DNA from: Spirochaetia bacterium
GTDB lineage: Bacteria; Spirochaetota; Spirochaetia; CADAEX01
Assembly (NCBI GenBank): GCA_963662795.1
Contig: OY759746.1
Location: forward strand, 2,528,001-2,592,000
Length of the DNA stretch: 64,000 nucleotides
Direction: 5' to 3'
Each line of letters starts with the position of its first letter. Position 1 is the first letter of the stretch. The position numbers and the translations under genes are program-made. Below are positions 28,357-37,364 of this stretch, piece after piece. Below the pieces are notes generated by a model. It saw nothing but the letters and a program-made list of their open reading frames with translations. It did not search any database and was not told the origin of the DNA.

Positions 28357-31336
28357 AATCTGTTACTTCTCTTTTATTTATTATAGTCTTTTTTTTCTCA
28401 GCTTTCCTGTTTTTTGATTTTAACTTCTTTCTCAGGATGCGAAGCCTGGCGCGCACAAAAACAGCAGTCCCAGCTGCTGCGGCCGCTATGAACGCCATCA
28501 GCGCAATGAAAGGAGCGGCTTTTGACGGAGATTCTGTTTTTACAGTCTCAGTTGATTCCGGTACCGGTACTGCAGGCACTGGCGCGGCAGGTAATTCTTC
28601 GATAACCGGGGCCTCATCAACAGGATCTTCTTTTACAGAAGAGGGCTTTGGCAGAACAGGTTTAATAGCAGGGGCTGGCGGTTTTTTAATCTCTTCACTC
28701 TCTAAAATACCAGGGCTGATTTCTGAACCGCGCAATCCTGCTGATAGACCTTCTGTTTCCGGAATATCCGATAAAGCAAGTTCCATTGGGGCAGTCGGTG
28801 TCTCAACCGGTAAGATTTCTTTTGGCTCGGTTTCCGGCCCTGCCTCAGCTGTTTCTATAACCCTGTCCGCCTTGTCATCGGTCGTTTTTTCATTAACTTC
28901 AGGGGCGATATTTTCTATTACAGCAACGGAAACCTCAGCCTCCGGTACGGCAATAGCAGGTGCTGCTTCCGGTTTTTCTTCAGCGGCTAAAACAGGTTCA
29001 AGAGCCGGCTGTTCAGCTGCATCAGGTATCTTCGCAAGGTTATTGTTACCTTCTCCTGTAACAGACAGCATTGAAGAAAGTCCCGCGTTTCCGTTAAGAG
29101 GAAAATCTTCAGCAGGTGCTGTTTCCGGTTCATCAGCCGGACTCTCCGGCACCTTTTCCTGAGGATCGGGTTCTTCAGGCTGCACAGCAGGTTCCGATTT
29201 TTTTCCCGTGCTTATAGTTTCTGCAGGAGCTGCGGGAGGAAGGCTCCATTCTGTGGTGGAAAGCCGGTCTGCCAGCGACCAGGCCCTTCCCCTGGTATCA
29301 AAAAAGGACCCGAGATAGGCATATTTCCTGGAAAGCGGTGCATCCTGTTTCTGGAGCGAAGCATACATTGCATCGGAGTTTCCGAAATCATCAAGTTCAT
29401 AATTGCATCTTGCGGCTCCAAGCAGCGCAAGAGAATTGTTTTTGTCAATTGAAAGAACATAATTGTAGTATGTAAGAGCTTCATCGTATTTCTGCTCAAT
29501 AAACAGTATGTTCCCGAGGTTTGTCCATGCGTTCATATCCTTGCCGCGGGCAGCTTTGGTGAATTCTGTTTTAGCCTGCAGTATCATTCCGTATTTCCCG
29601 TATAAAACGCCTAGCTTATTGCGGTTTTTAGGTGTATCGGAAACTGCGAGCAGTTCCTCGTAATGCCTTATCTGGGGACGGATCTCCCGCTCTGCATAAT
29701 TGTTAAGTGTTTTATCAAAGGCAATCGCGGTTTTTGTCTCATCAGGCAGACTGAATCTGGAAACAGCTCCAGGAATACTTACAGGCTTATATATTTTCCA
29801 GGATTCCTTCATCGGCAGAATATTGGCAGTACCTCTTGAATCGGCATCATTCCATTCTTTGGCTCCGATTCTCCATGCTTTATTAAAGTCTTCTTTGATA
29901 AGTGTAATTTCAACCGGGACCCATGCTGTCCCGTCATGATAAATCAGAAGCTCCGGAGCATAAAAAGACTCCTTTGCTTCAGTTTCTGTCATTCCGGAGG
30001 AAAATGCCATAAAGATATGGCCGGGTATTGTTATAAATGCAGTATCAATACCGATTGCTTCAAGCAGTGAGCTGTACAATATCGATAGATCGTCACAGTC
30101 TCCCCCGCGGTACATCAGGGTCTGATAGGGATACTGCAGAAAGTCTATCGCAGTGCTGTTATCGGCGATTTCCGCGTATGAGCTTGAAGGGTCAATAACA
30201 TAATTAGTTCCGTAGATATCAAGAGCTTCAAAAATACCCATGGCATACTGCATATTTTTGTTTAAACCCATCCGGAAGCGGTCATTTACAATGCTTGAGA
30301 CATACTTTGAGAACCATAATGCGGCAGGATCTTTCGAAGATACAAATGCCGCAGCTCTCCTGTCATCTTCCCACGACATGGCATTTCGGTGAAAAACATT
30401 CATGGTTACCGGTATTTCAGCTTTCTGTTTTGCTCCAAGTCTTCTGTACTCAACAATAATCTTCGCCTGGGCATTAAGCGGTTCGCTTAACTCAAGCATT
30501 GTTTCCTTAAAAAAGGCGGAAACCGGAACATCAAAGGATTCCCCCGGCTTCAGGCTCTCAAAGCTTGAACATTCTTTCGGCTGTCCCATATACTGCTCAA
30601 GATAGAATGATGTTTTTACATCTGTAATTGTATTTTTTTCATTATTTGTAATTTTTATAATTGAGAACGGATTATCATCATACCATGAATACAATACAGG
30701 GAAAACAGGCTCCTGTTCCTCTTTTTCCGCGCTAATATTCCTTTCCCGGGAAAGAGCTTCCTTCAGGTTGATGGATATGCCTACTCCGATACTTAAGGAA
30801 TTCATGAAGGGTTCCGGTGTATATGCATAATGCCTGTATGCTCCATATACTGATGTGCTTAATACAGGGGAGACATGATAGGTACCCTCAATTCTTGTCC
30901 CGGCTGATATTCCTGATATTGAAGTTTCATTTCTACTGACTGAATAAATGCCGGTCATCAAATCAGTTCTCAGAGTCAGCCGGTCATTCATCTGCCAAAG
31001 CAGTCCGGCTCCGATGCTTCCGTCCGTTAAAGCAAGAGGTTCAATATTCTCAAGGCCTATGTTGACATATTCCCCCTGGGCAAAAATACTTAAAAACGGG
31101 AGCGGTGTAAAATCAAAGGCCGCAGACGCGCCCATACCGGGCTTAAATACAGGATCATTGACTGGGAAATAATAACCGGGATAAATCCTTACGCCTGTTG
31201 AAGATGAGTCTGCTGTAAGCAGGGGTGAAGAATATATGCAGATAAGCAGAAAAATAATAAGGCAATATTTTGATTTTTTCAGAGATTCTGTCATATCGGC
31301 AGGTAATAATTTATTTAACCGTTTCAGGGAAATCAT
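28340..31336 (-). CDS. Predicted beta-barrel + Ig-like + transglutaminase-like (Cys/His intact) + TPR protein with Pro/Glu-rich linker and C-terminal TM
   Basis: Signal peptide; ~8 amphipathic strands ending GVGISINL; GDCDDLSILYSSLLEAIG..PGHIF..WVPVE; TPR units (NKLGVLY, AWTNLGNI, ALLGAARC); TM FIALMAFIAAAAAGTAVFV plus basic tail; start ATG 31336 or 31294. Confidence 0.8.
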   Translation of the reverse strand: MISLKRLNKLLPADMTESLKKSKYCLIIFLLICIYSSPLLTADSSSTGVRIYPGYYFPVNDPVFKPGMGASAAFDFTPLPFLSIFAQGEYVNIGLENIEPLALTDGSIGAGLLWQMNDRLTLRTDLMTGIYSVSRNETSISGISAGTRIEGTYHVSPVLSTSVYGAYRHYAYTPEPFMNSLSIGVGISINLKEALSRERNISAEKEEQEPVFPVLYSWYDDNPFSIIKITNNEKNTITDVKTSFYLEQYMGQPKECSSFESLKPGESFDVPVSAFFKETMLELSEPLNAQAKIIVEYRRLGAKQKAEIPVTMNVFHRNAMSWEDDRRAAAFVSSKDPAALWFSKYVSSIVNDRFRMGLNKNMQYAMGIFEALDIYGTNYVIDPSSSYAEIADNSTAIDFLQYPYQTLMYRGGDCDDLSILYSSLLEAIGIDTAFITIPGHIFMAFSSGMTETEAKESFYAPELLIYHDGTAWVPVEITLIKEDFNKAWRIGAKEWNDADSRGTANILPMKESWKIYKPVSIPGAVSRFSLPDETKTAIAFDKTLNNYAEREIRPQIRHYEELLAVSDTPKNRNKLGVLYGKYGMILQAKTEFTKAARGKDMNAWTNLGNILFIEQKYDEALTYYNYVLSIDKNNSLALLGAARCNYELDDFGNSDAMYASLQKQDAPLSRKYAYLGSFFDTRGRAWSLADRLSTTEWSLPPAAPAETISTGKKSEPAVQPEEPDPQEKVPESPADEPETAPAEDFPLNGNAGLSSMLSVTGEGNNNLAKIPDAAEQPALEPVLAAEEKPEAAPAIAVPEAEVSVAVIENIAPEVNEKTTDDKADRVIETAEAGPETEPKEILPVETPTAPMELALSDIPETEGLSAGLRGSEISPGILESEEIKKPPAPAIKPVLPKPSSVKEDPVDEAPVIEELPAAPVPAVPVPESTETVKTESPSKAAPFIALMAFIAAAAAGTAVFVRARLRILRKKLKSKNRKAEKKKTIINKREVTDYDKTH

Positions 31337-31364
31337 ATGAAAAATACTTCTCCTGTTCCTCTCT

Positions 31365-33266
31365 CTATTCGGCAAGCTGGGATTGCATTCTGTTAAAACC
31401 GCTTTGAGCGGCCCTGTTGTCAGGTTCAATTTCAAGCGCTTTTTCAAACCAGCCGAGTGCTTCTTTATAATTACGCTGCAGTATTTCGATGTTTCCGAGA
31501 TTTGTCATTGCCGCGGCTGAATCAAGTTCCGCAGATTTGATGAATTCCGCTTTTGCTTCATTATACAATCCTGCCCTTACATATAACAAGCCCAGTTTAT
31601 TGTAAAGAACAACTGATCCTCCGCTATTGCGAATTTCATTTTGCACATCTTTTATTCTTGGACCGAATTCTGCAGCAATGTATCTTAAGAAACTTGTTTC
31701 AACAGCTTTTTCTACAACTGAGGCCGCCGGCTTCTGGAAAGCGGCTTCATTCCCTGTAATTCCGGACGGCGGATACGTTTTCCAGGCTTCCTGAAGCACT
31801 ACAAAGTCAACCGGTCTGCCGCTGTTGATGGCTCTGGAAAGGTTATTTACAGCAGTATACCAGCTGTTGATAAAACCCTCACGCAGGACAGATAAAGACA
31901 GGGGCATCCATATTTCGTTCCCGATGGTAAGTAAATTATCAGTATTGTTAAAAAGTGCTACGGCCTGTTCCTGTGTGATATCGAGTGAAAAAGCTGTAAT
32001 AAAATCATTATCAAGAGGAATCAGGGCTGTTTTTATTCCCACAGATTCAAGCGCGGCTGCGAAAAGTATTCCAAGATCATCATAATCCCCAAGCTTGTAG
32101 GAAAGTGTCTGGAATGGATATTGTATATAGTCAAGCAGTGCCGGGTCTTTGTGGAAAACTGTGTAGGGGGTTGTGTCATCTTTGGATGTGGTAATGCCGC
32201 CTGTATTAAGCCCCTCAAGCAGATACATGGCAAACTGCATGTTCCGGTTAAGGCCGCTTCGCAGATTGTTCCTCGCTATTCCCACAATATATTTTGAATA
32301 ATCCATTACTTCAGGTGAATTGGGTGAAATGAATGAGGCAAGGACATCTGTACTGGTCCACCTGACCGAGTTTCGGTTATACACCGGGATAACCAGCGTT
32401 TGAAATGCAGTGCGTTCTGCTCCAAGAAGTTCGTATTTTATAACCAGTTCGCCCGGAATCATCCCGTTTTCCGTGAAGTTCTGTATGGTCTCCATAAAGT
32501 CGGCATAAAGCGGTATTTTTGCTGTTTCCTTCTTTTTTAGTAACTCTTTTGTACCGCAGGCCATGAGGGAAGAGGTATAGTTTTCAGCCCTGAAACTTAC
32601 AGATACATTGCGTATTTCGGCGGATTCATTATTGACGATTTCAATCGTACCTATTTTGTTGGTTTTATACATGCTGTAAAGGAGAGGGAATACCGGTTCC
32701 TGTTGTTCAAGTGTTACTCCCACATTTCCGGCTGCTGTATCTGTGTCAAATGAAAGCCTGGCCGAGAGACCTAAAACTATTCCGGTATACATCGGCTCCT
32801 GTGAAGCAGTAAAATTTATATATCCTGCCCCGGCAGAGAAAACCAGGGTGGGGGACATCCTGAACCCTGCTTCCCCATATAATTTCCACCAGAGATCGCT
32901 GTATGAAAGTTCGTTGTATGTGAACTGGTACAAACCTCCGGACACGCCGAACAGCAGGGCAAGCCTCGAAAGCGGATAGGAAAACACGCTTGCATTAATC
33001 CCTGCTGAAGTGAAATTGGGATATGTTCCGGTATTTAACAGAGGAGTCACATAATAGCTGAATTCAGGACCAAAAGCCAGAAGGTCGAATAACTGTACAT
33101 CGGTGTTCAGGCATACTCCGCCGCCGGGCGAAAAATATCGGGTTGTCTCATCGCCGACAGGAAAAATTGCGGTCGGGGTTGCTTTTATGTCAAAATCCAA
33201 TGAATATATTTCGCCTGCTGACAGAAGCAGCAGAAAAAAACATAGAACACTGCCTGATAACTTCAC
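31365..33266 (-). CDS. Paralogous predicted beta-barrel + Ig-like + inactive transglutaminase-like + TPR protein
   Basis: Aligns by eye with downstream gene (QEPVFP.LYS.Y, D..QYP.QTL, NKLG.LY) but has GDYDD for GDCDD and LDNDFI for IPGHIF; no linker or TM. Confidence 0.8.
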   Translation of the reverse strand: MKLSGSVLCFFLLLLSAGEIYSLDFDIKATPTAIFPVGDETTRYFSPGGGVCLNTDVQLFDLLAFGPEFSYYVTPLLNTGTYPNFTSAGINASVFSYPLSRLALLFGVSGGLYQFTYNELSYSDLWWKLYGEAGFRMSPTLVFSAGAGYINFTASQEPMYTGIVLGLSARLSFDTDTAAGNVGVTLEQQEPVFPLLYSMYKTNKIGTIEIVNNESAEIRNVSVSFRAENYTSSLMACGTKELLKKKETAKIPLYADFMETIQNFTENGMIPGELVIKYELLGAERTAFQTLVIPVYNRNSVRWTSTDVLASFISPNSPEVMDYSKYIVGIARNNLRSGLNRNMQFAMYLLEGLNTGGITTSKDDTTPYTVFHKDPALLDYIQYPFQTLSYKLGDYDDLGILFAAALESVGIKTALIPLDNDFITAFSLDITQEQAVALFNNTDNLLTIGNEIWMPLSLSVLREGFINSWYTAVNNLSRAINSGRPVDFVVLQEAWKTYPPSGITGNEAAFQKPAASVVEKAVETSFLRYIAAEFGPRIKDVQNEIRNSGGSVVLYNKLGLLYVRAGLYNEAKAEFIKSAELDSAAAMTNLGNIEILQRNYKEALGWFEKALEIEPDNRAAQSGFNRMQSQLAE

Positions 33267-33478
33267 GGTTACCTCTTTAATTGTGATTATAATTAATCAA
33301 TGATTTTTCATCAATTGATTAATAAAAAACCGGATTATGTAATTATATCATTAATTTGTGCGGCATAAAAATATTTTTTATTTTTGTATTAAGGTTTAAT
33401 AGGATAAAATACAGTGCCGCATCAGATGATACTGATTTTTATTCTCTTCCGATGCGGTTGTTAAGAGGCGTATAACTT

Positions 33479-34672
33479 TCAGCTCAAAAGGTCAAAGGCG
33501 AATTTCCGCCCCATTTCATACCCTTTTTCTATATCTTTTTCAGACGCTCCGCCCTGGAACTCAAAAGTACCTGTGAATTCCCATTTAAGAGGTTCTGTAA
33601 TTGCTTTTACTTTTTTAAGAGCGCCGCCGCTCCACCCGTAACTGCCGAAGTAAAGAGCTTTTTTATTTTCTATCTTTTTAAGCGCGAGAAGTTCAAGTGT
33701 GTTTATCATGGGAGGGAATAGACCGACCTCGTAAGTAGGCGCCCCGATTATGACCCCTGACCTTGTCCAGACAGAAGGCATGATATAGCTTGTATCAGTG
33801 CGGGCTACATCAAATATCTCAACAGGCACACCCGCGGAGGATGCCCCGAGTGCTACTGAGTTCATCATTTTTTCCGTATTTCCGTACATGGAACCGTAAA
33901 GAAGGGTAACGCCCGGTTTACCGGGTTTTCCTGCCAGCTCTGCCCATTCTTTGTATAAGGAGACAATTTCTCCCGGTTTATCCCGCCATACAAGGCCGTG
34001 AGAAGGAGCAATTATTTTGATATCGATGCCTTTAAGCTTTTCAATGGCACTTAATACATTGCGTGAAAATTTCGCGATTATATTTACATAGTATCTCAGC
34101 GCTTCTTTTTTATAAAAATCAATATTTTTACAGTCATCATCAAATATATTTCCGGAAAAAGCCCCGTAGCTGCCGAAAGCATCGCACGGGAAAAGTATTT
34201 TTTCCTCAGGATTATATGTTGCCATGGTTTCCGGCCAATGGACAAACGGAATGTGGTAAAAAACGAGTTTTCTTTCTCCAAGATCAAGTACTTCCCCGTC
34301 CTCTACAGCTAAAATATTATCTGTGAGGCCGTAGTAGTCTTCAACCATTTTTTTTGCCTTTGCTGTGCAGAGAATTTTAACCCCGGGGGATAGTCTTCTT
34401 AGTGTTTTAAGTACGCCGGTATGGTCCGGCTCCATATGGTTGATAATTACATAATCAATCTTATCCAGATCAACAACACTCGCAACCTCATCAAAAAAAC
34501 TGTCGGTTTTTATTGATTTTGAAAGATCGATAATAGCTTTCTTTTTATCATTAATAAGATAAGAGTTATAAGTTACACCTTCTTTTGAGATCGGCCAAAG
34601 TCCTTCGAACAAATCAGTAGTTCTGTCATTGACTCCAATCCAGAAAATATTTTTTTTTATTTCGATTGCCAT
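33479..34672 (-). CDS. fprA: Flavodiiron protein (A-type flavoprotein; O2/NO reductase)
   Basis: NHMEPDH, HWPE, CDAFG, PSHG; flavodoxin SMYGNT, GSYGWSGG. Confidence 0.93.
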   Translation of the reverse strand: MAIEIKKNIFWIGVNDRTTDLFEGLWPISKEGVTYNSYLINDKKKAIIDLSKSIKTDSFFDEVASVVDLDKIDYVIINHMEPDHTGVLKTLRRLSPGVKILCTAKAKKMVEDYYGLTDNILAVEDGEVLDLGERKLVFYHIPFVHWPETMATYNPEEKILFPCDAFGSYGAFSGNIFDDDCKNIDFYKKEALRYYVNIIAKFSRNVLSAIEKLKGIDIKIIAPSHGLVWRDKPGEIVSLYKEWAELAGKPGKPGVTLLYGSMYGNTEKMMNSVALGASSAGVPVEIFDVARTDTSYIMPSVWTRSGVIIGAPTYEVGLFPPMINTLELLALKKIENKKALYFGSYGWSGGALKKVKAITEPLKWEFTGTFEFQGGASEKDIEKGYEMGRKFAFDLLS

Positions 34673-34766
34673 TGAAAACTCCTTTTTTGTATCTTAAACT
34701 AAATATAAAACTAATAAATAATTAAAACAATATAGTACTTATTATTTACTTAATCAAAAACCGGAG

Positions 34767-35576
34767 TTGCATTTGCTTAACATCAACAGGACAGGATTGC
34801 TTCTTGAGGAGATTTATTCAAGGTATCATAAACCTGAATACATAAATCCGGATCCTCTGGTTTTTGTAAGAAAATATGATAAAATGGAAGACAGGGAGAC
34901 GGCAGGACTGATTGCGTCATCACTTGCCCTTGGCAGGGTAGAACTTATTATGTCTGCTGTCGACAAAGTTCTCTCAGCAATCCCATCGCCTTTTGAAGAC
35001 GTCAGGAAGCTTGAATACAGGGATTTTGAAAAAATGTATGAAGGATTTTCCTACAGATTTTTCAAAACATCACATCTGGCAGGTTTTTTATCGGGTATAG
35101 GCAGCCTGATAAGAAAACACGGCTCAGCAGGCCGCTGCTTTAAAAAATATTATGCTGATGAAGGTTCGCTTATTCCTGCGGTGCATTCTTTCAGCAGGGA
35201 ACTTCTTGCAGGATGTGAAAAAAACCCTGGAATACTTGTTACGGAAAGCTGGAAGGGGAGCGCTTTTAAAAGGTTTAATCTTTTTTTAAGATGGATGGCA
35301 AGGTCTGATAATATTGATCCGGGCGGATGGGATTTTATTGATAAAGAAGGACTTATTGTCCCTCTGGATACCCACATGATGAATATTGGAAAATATATAG
35401 GACTAACAGGCAGAGCTACCCCTTCTTTGAAAACTGCAATTGAAATTACTGAAAATTTGAAAAAGTATGATAAAATGGATCCTGTCAGGTTTGATTTCAG
35501 CCTAACAAGGCTTGGAATACATCCTGATCTTACAATAGAAAAATTAAAATTGCTGGAGGGAAGAGAAAATGAATAG
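34767..35576 (+). CDS. TIGR02757/DUF2400 family protein (HhH-GPD-related)
   Basis: [42 protein letters not shown]. Confidence 0.85.
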   Translation: MHLLNINRTGLLLEEIYSRYHKPEYINPDPLVFVRKYDKMEDRETAGLIASSLALGRVELIMSAVDKVLSAIPSPFEDVRKLEYRDFEKMYEGFSYRFFKTSHLAGFLSGIGSLIRKHGSAGRCFKKYYADEGSLIPAVHSFSRELLAGCEKNPGILVTESWKGSAFKRFNLFLRWMARSDNIDPGGWDFIDKEGLIVPLDTHMMNIGKYIGLTGRATPSLKTAIEITENLKKYDKMDPVRFDFSLTRLGIHPDLTIEKLKLLEGRENE

Positions 35577-36144
35577 TATCAAGGGCACACAGACAGAAAA
35601 AAATATTTTGACTGCATTCTGCGGTGAATCACAGGCCAGAAACAAATACACTTATTTTGCAAGCGTGGCCAAAAAGGAAGGTTTTGTACAGATTTCAAAA
35701 ATTTTTGAAGAAACTTCAGACCAGGAAAAAGAACATGCCAAAAGGCTGTTTAAACTGCTCGAAGGGGGCGAGGTTGAAATAAAGGCTTCTTTTCCTGCGG
35801 GAGTTATCGGCGATACTGCAGCCAACCTGAAGGAAGCGGCAGGGGGAGAACACTACGAGTGGACAGAGATGTATCCAGGATTTGCTAAAAAAGCACGGGA
35901 AGAGGGCTTTCCTGCAATAGCTGCGGTTTTTGAGGCGATTGCGGTTGCTGAAAAACAGCATGAAAAAAGATACCTTGATCTGAGAAAAAATGTTCTTGAG
36001 AATTCAGTTTTCAGGAAAAAATCAAAAACAGTCTGGAGATGCATAAATTGCGGTTATCTGTATGAAGGAGAATCAGCTCCTCTTTCCTGTCCTGCATGCG
36101 CGCATCCGCAATCGTACTTTGAACTTTTTGGAGAGAACTGGTAG
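35569..36144 (+). CDS. rbr: Rubrerythrin
   Basis: [27 protein letters not shown]-terminal [14 protein letters not shown]. Confidence 0.95.
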   Translation: MNSIKGTQTEKNILTAFCGESQARNKYTYFASVAKKEGFVQISKIFEETSDQEKEHAKRLFKLLEGGEVEIKASFPAGVIGDTAANLKEAAGGEHYEWTEMYPGFAKKAREEGFPAIAAVFEAIAVAEKQHEKRYLDLRKNVLENSVFRKKSKTVWRCINCGYLYEGESAPLSCPACAHPQSYFELFGENW

Positions 36145-36200
36145 AATATTGTTTTTTTGAACAATAAATTAAGTAAATTTATAAAACGGAGGGAATTAAA

Positions 36201-36575
36201 ATGGCTGAAAAATTTAAAGTCTACAAATGTGAACTATGCGGAAATATCGTTGAAGTATTACACGCTGGAGACGGAGATCTTGTATGCTGCGGGAAAGAAA
36301 TGGTTTTAATGACAGAAAAAACCGCAGACTCATCAACAGAAAAACATGTTCCTGTCATTGAAAAAACCGCTGAGGGCTACAAGGTAACTGTAGGCAGCAC
36401 ACTGCATCCAATGCTGGACAATCATTATATTGAGTGGATTGAGCTTGTCGCGGATGGTCTTTCCTATAAGAAATACCTTAAACCAGGAGATACCCCGTCT
36501 GCTGAATTCTGTATAAAAGCCTCAAAAGTTTCCGCAAGGGAATACTGCAACGTGCATGGTCACTGGAAGGGTTAA
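36201..36575 (+). CDS. dfx: Desulfoferrodoxin (superoxide reductase)
   Basis: [13 protein letters not shown]; EKHVP, HPM..HYIEWI, YCNVHG.W. Confidence 0.95.
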   Translation: MAEKFKVYKCELCGNIVEVLHAGDGDLVCCGKEMVLMTEKTADSSTEKHVPVIEKTAEGYKVTVGSTLHPMLDNHYIEWIELVADGLSYKKYLKPGDTPSAEFCIKASKVSAREYCNVHGHWKG

Positions 36576-36584
36576 GGAGCGGAA

Positions 36585-37070
36585 ATGGAACAGAAACTGA
36601 AAGAACTGCTTATAAAGCAGATCAACGAGGAACTTTATTCCTCATATCTTTATCTTGCTATGGCATCTGATTTTGAAAGCAAAAACATGAAGGGTATGGC
36701 TGCGTGGATGAGCAAGCAGTCAATGGAAGAAACCGGTCACGGGATGAAAATTTACCGTTTTCTTCAGGAAAGAGGTGAAAAACCGGTCCTGGCTCAGATT
36801 GATAAACCGCAGGAATCATGGAATTCTCCCAAAGATGCGTTTGAAGCTTCACTTAAACATGAAAAGCATATAACCGGGTGTATTGATAAACTTGTTAAAG
36901 CTGCCCGCTCAGCGGAAGATTTTGCAACTGAAATATTCCTTCAGTGGTTTGTGACTGAACAGGTTGAGGAAGAGGCAAATGTATCGGATGTTCTTGCCAA
37001 ACTGGAAATGGTCGGCAGCAAATCAACAGGTCTTTATATGCTTGACAGGGAACTTGGTCAGCGGCAATAA
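36585..37070 (+). CDS. ftnA: Non-heme ferritin
   Basis: QINEELYSSYLYLAM, EE..H, HE..IT, FLQWFVTEQVEEE. Confidence 0.93.
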   Translation: MEQKLKELLIKQINEELYSSYLYLAMASDFESKNMKGMAAWMSKQSMEETGHGMKIYRFLQERGEKPVLAQIDKPQESWNSPKDAFEASLKHEKHITGCIDKLVKAARSAEDFATEIFLQWFVTEQVEEEANVSDVLAKLEMVGSKSTGLYMLDRELGQRQ

Positions 37071-37101
37071 CGCACTATAGTGCATAAGCAAGGAGGATAT
37101 T

Positions 37102-37263
37102 ATGAAAAAATATGTTTGTGATGTATGCGGGTATATCTATGACCCCAAAGAGGGTGATCCGGACAACGGCGTAAAAGCAGGAACTTCATGGGAAAATGTC
37201 CCTGAGGACTGGGTTTGCCCTGCCTGCGGAGCCCCAAAAGATCAGTTTTCTCCTATGGACTGA
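37102..37263 (+). CDS. rub: Rubredoxin (53 aa, absent from the supplied ORF track)
   Basis: Translated by hand: [53 protein letters not shown]; AAGGAGG RBS. Confidence 0.96.
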   Translation: MKKYVCDVCGYIYDPKEGDPDNGVKAGTSWENVPEDWVCPACGAPKDQFSPMD

Positions 37264-37281
37264 ACTTTTTAAAATGTGAAG

Positions 37282-37351
37282 AAAAGTTGCCTGCAGGACC
37301 TGTCATAACGGATTATATATCCTCACGGCTTGTTCTGCGGGCAGTTTTTTT
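37282..37351 (+). terminator. Long imperfect hairpin/terminator after rubredoxin
   Basis: AAAAGTTGCCTGCAGGAC..GTTCTGCGGGCAGTTTTTTT, pairing with several G-U wobbles. Confidence 0.6.
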
Positions 37352-37364
37352 ACCCGCTGAATGG

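Noticed and set aside
28437-29162. 241-aa + strand ORF
   Set aside because: Antisense shadow of the Pro/Glu/Ala-rich linker; no RBS or recognisable motifs
31337-31447. ORF-track TTG start for the 1035-aa protein
   Set aside because: Overlaps the upstream paralogue and pushes the signal peptide too far in; ATG 31336 or 31294 fits better
31365-33266. Dead transglutaminase paralogue as a pseudogene
   Set aside because: Uninterrupted 633-aa frame with signal peptide, RBS and conserved structural motifs
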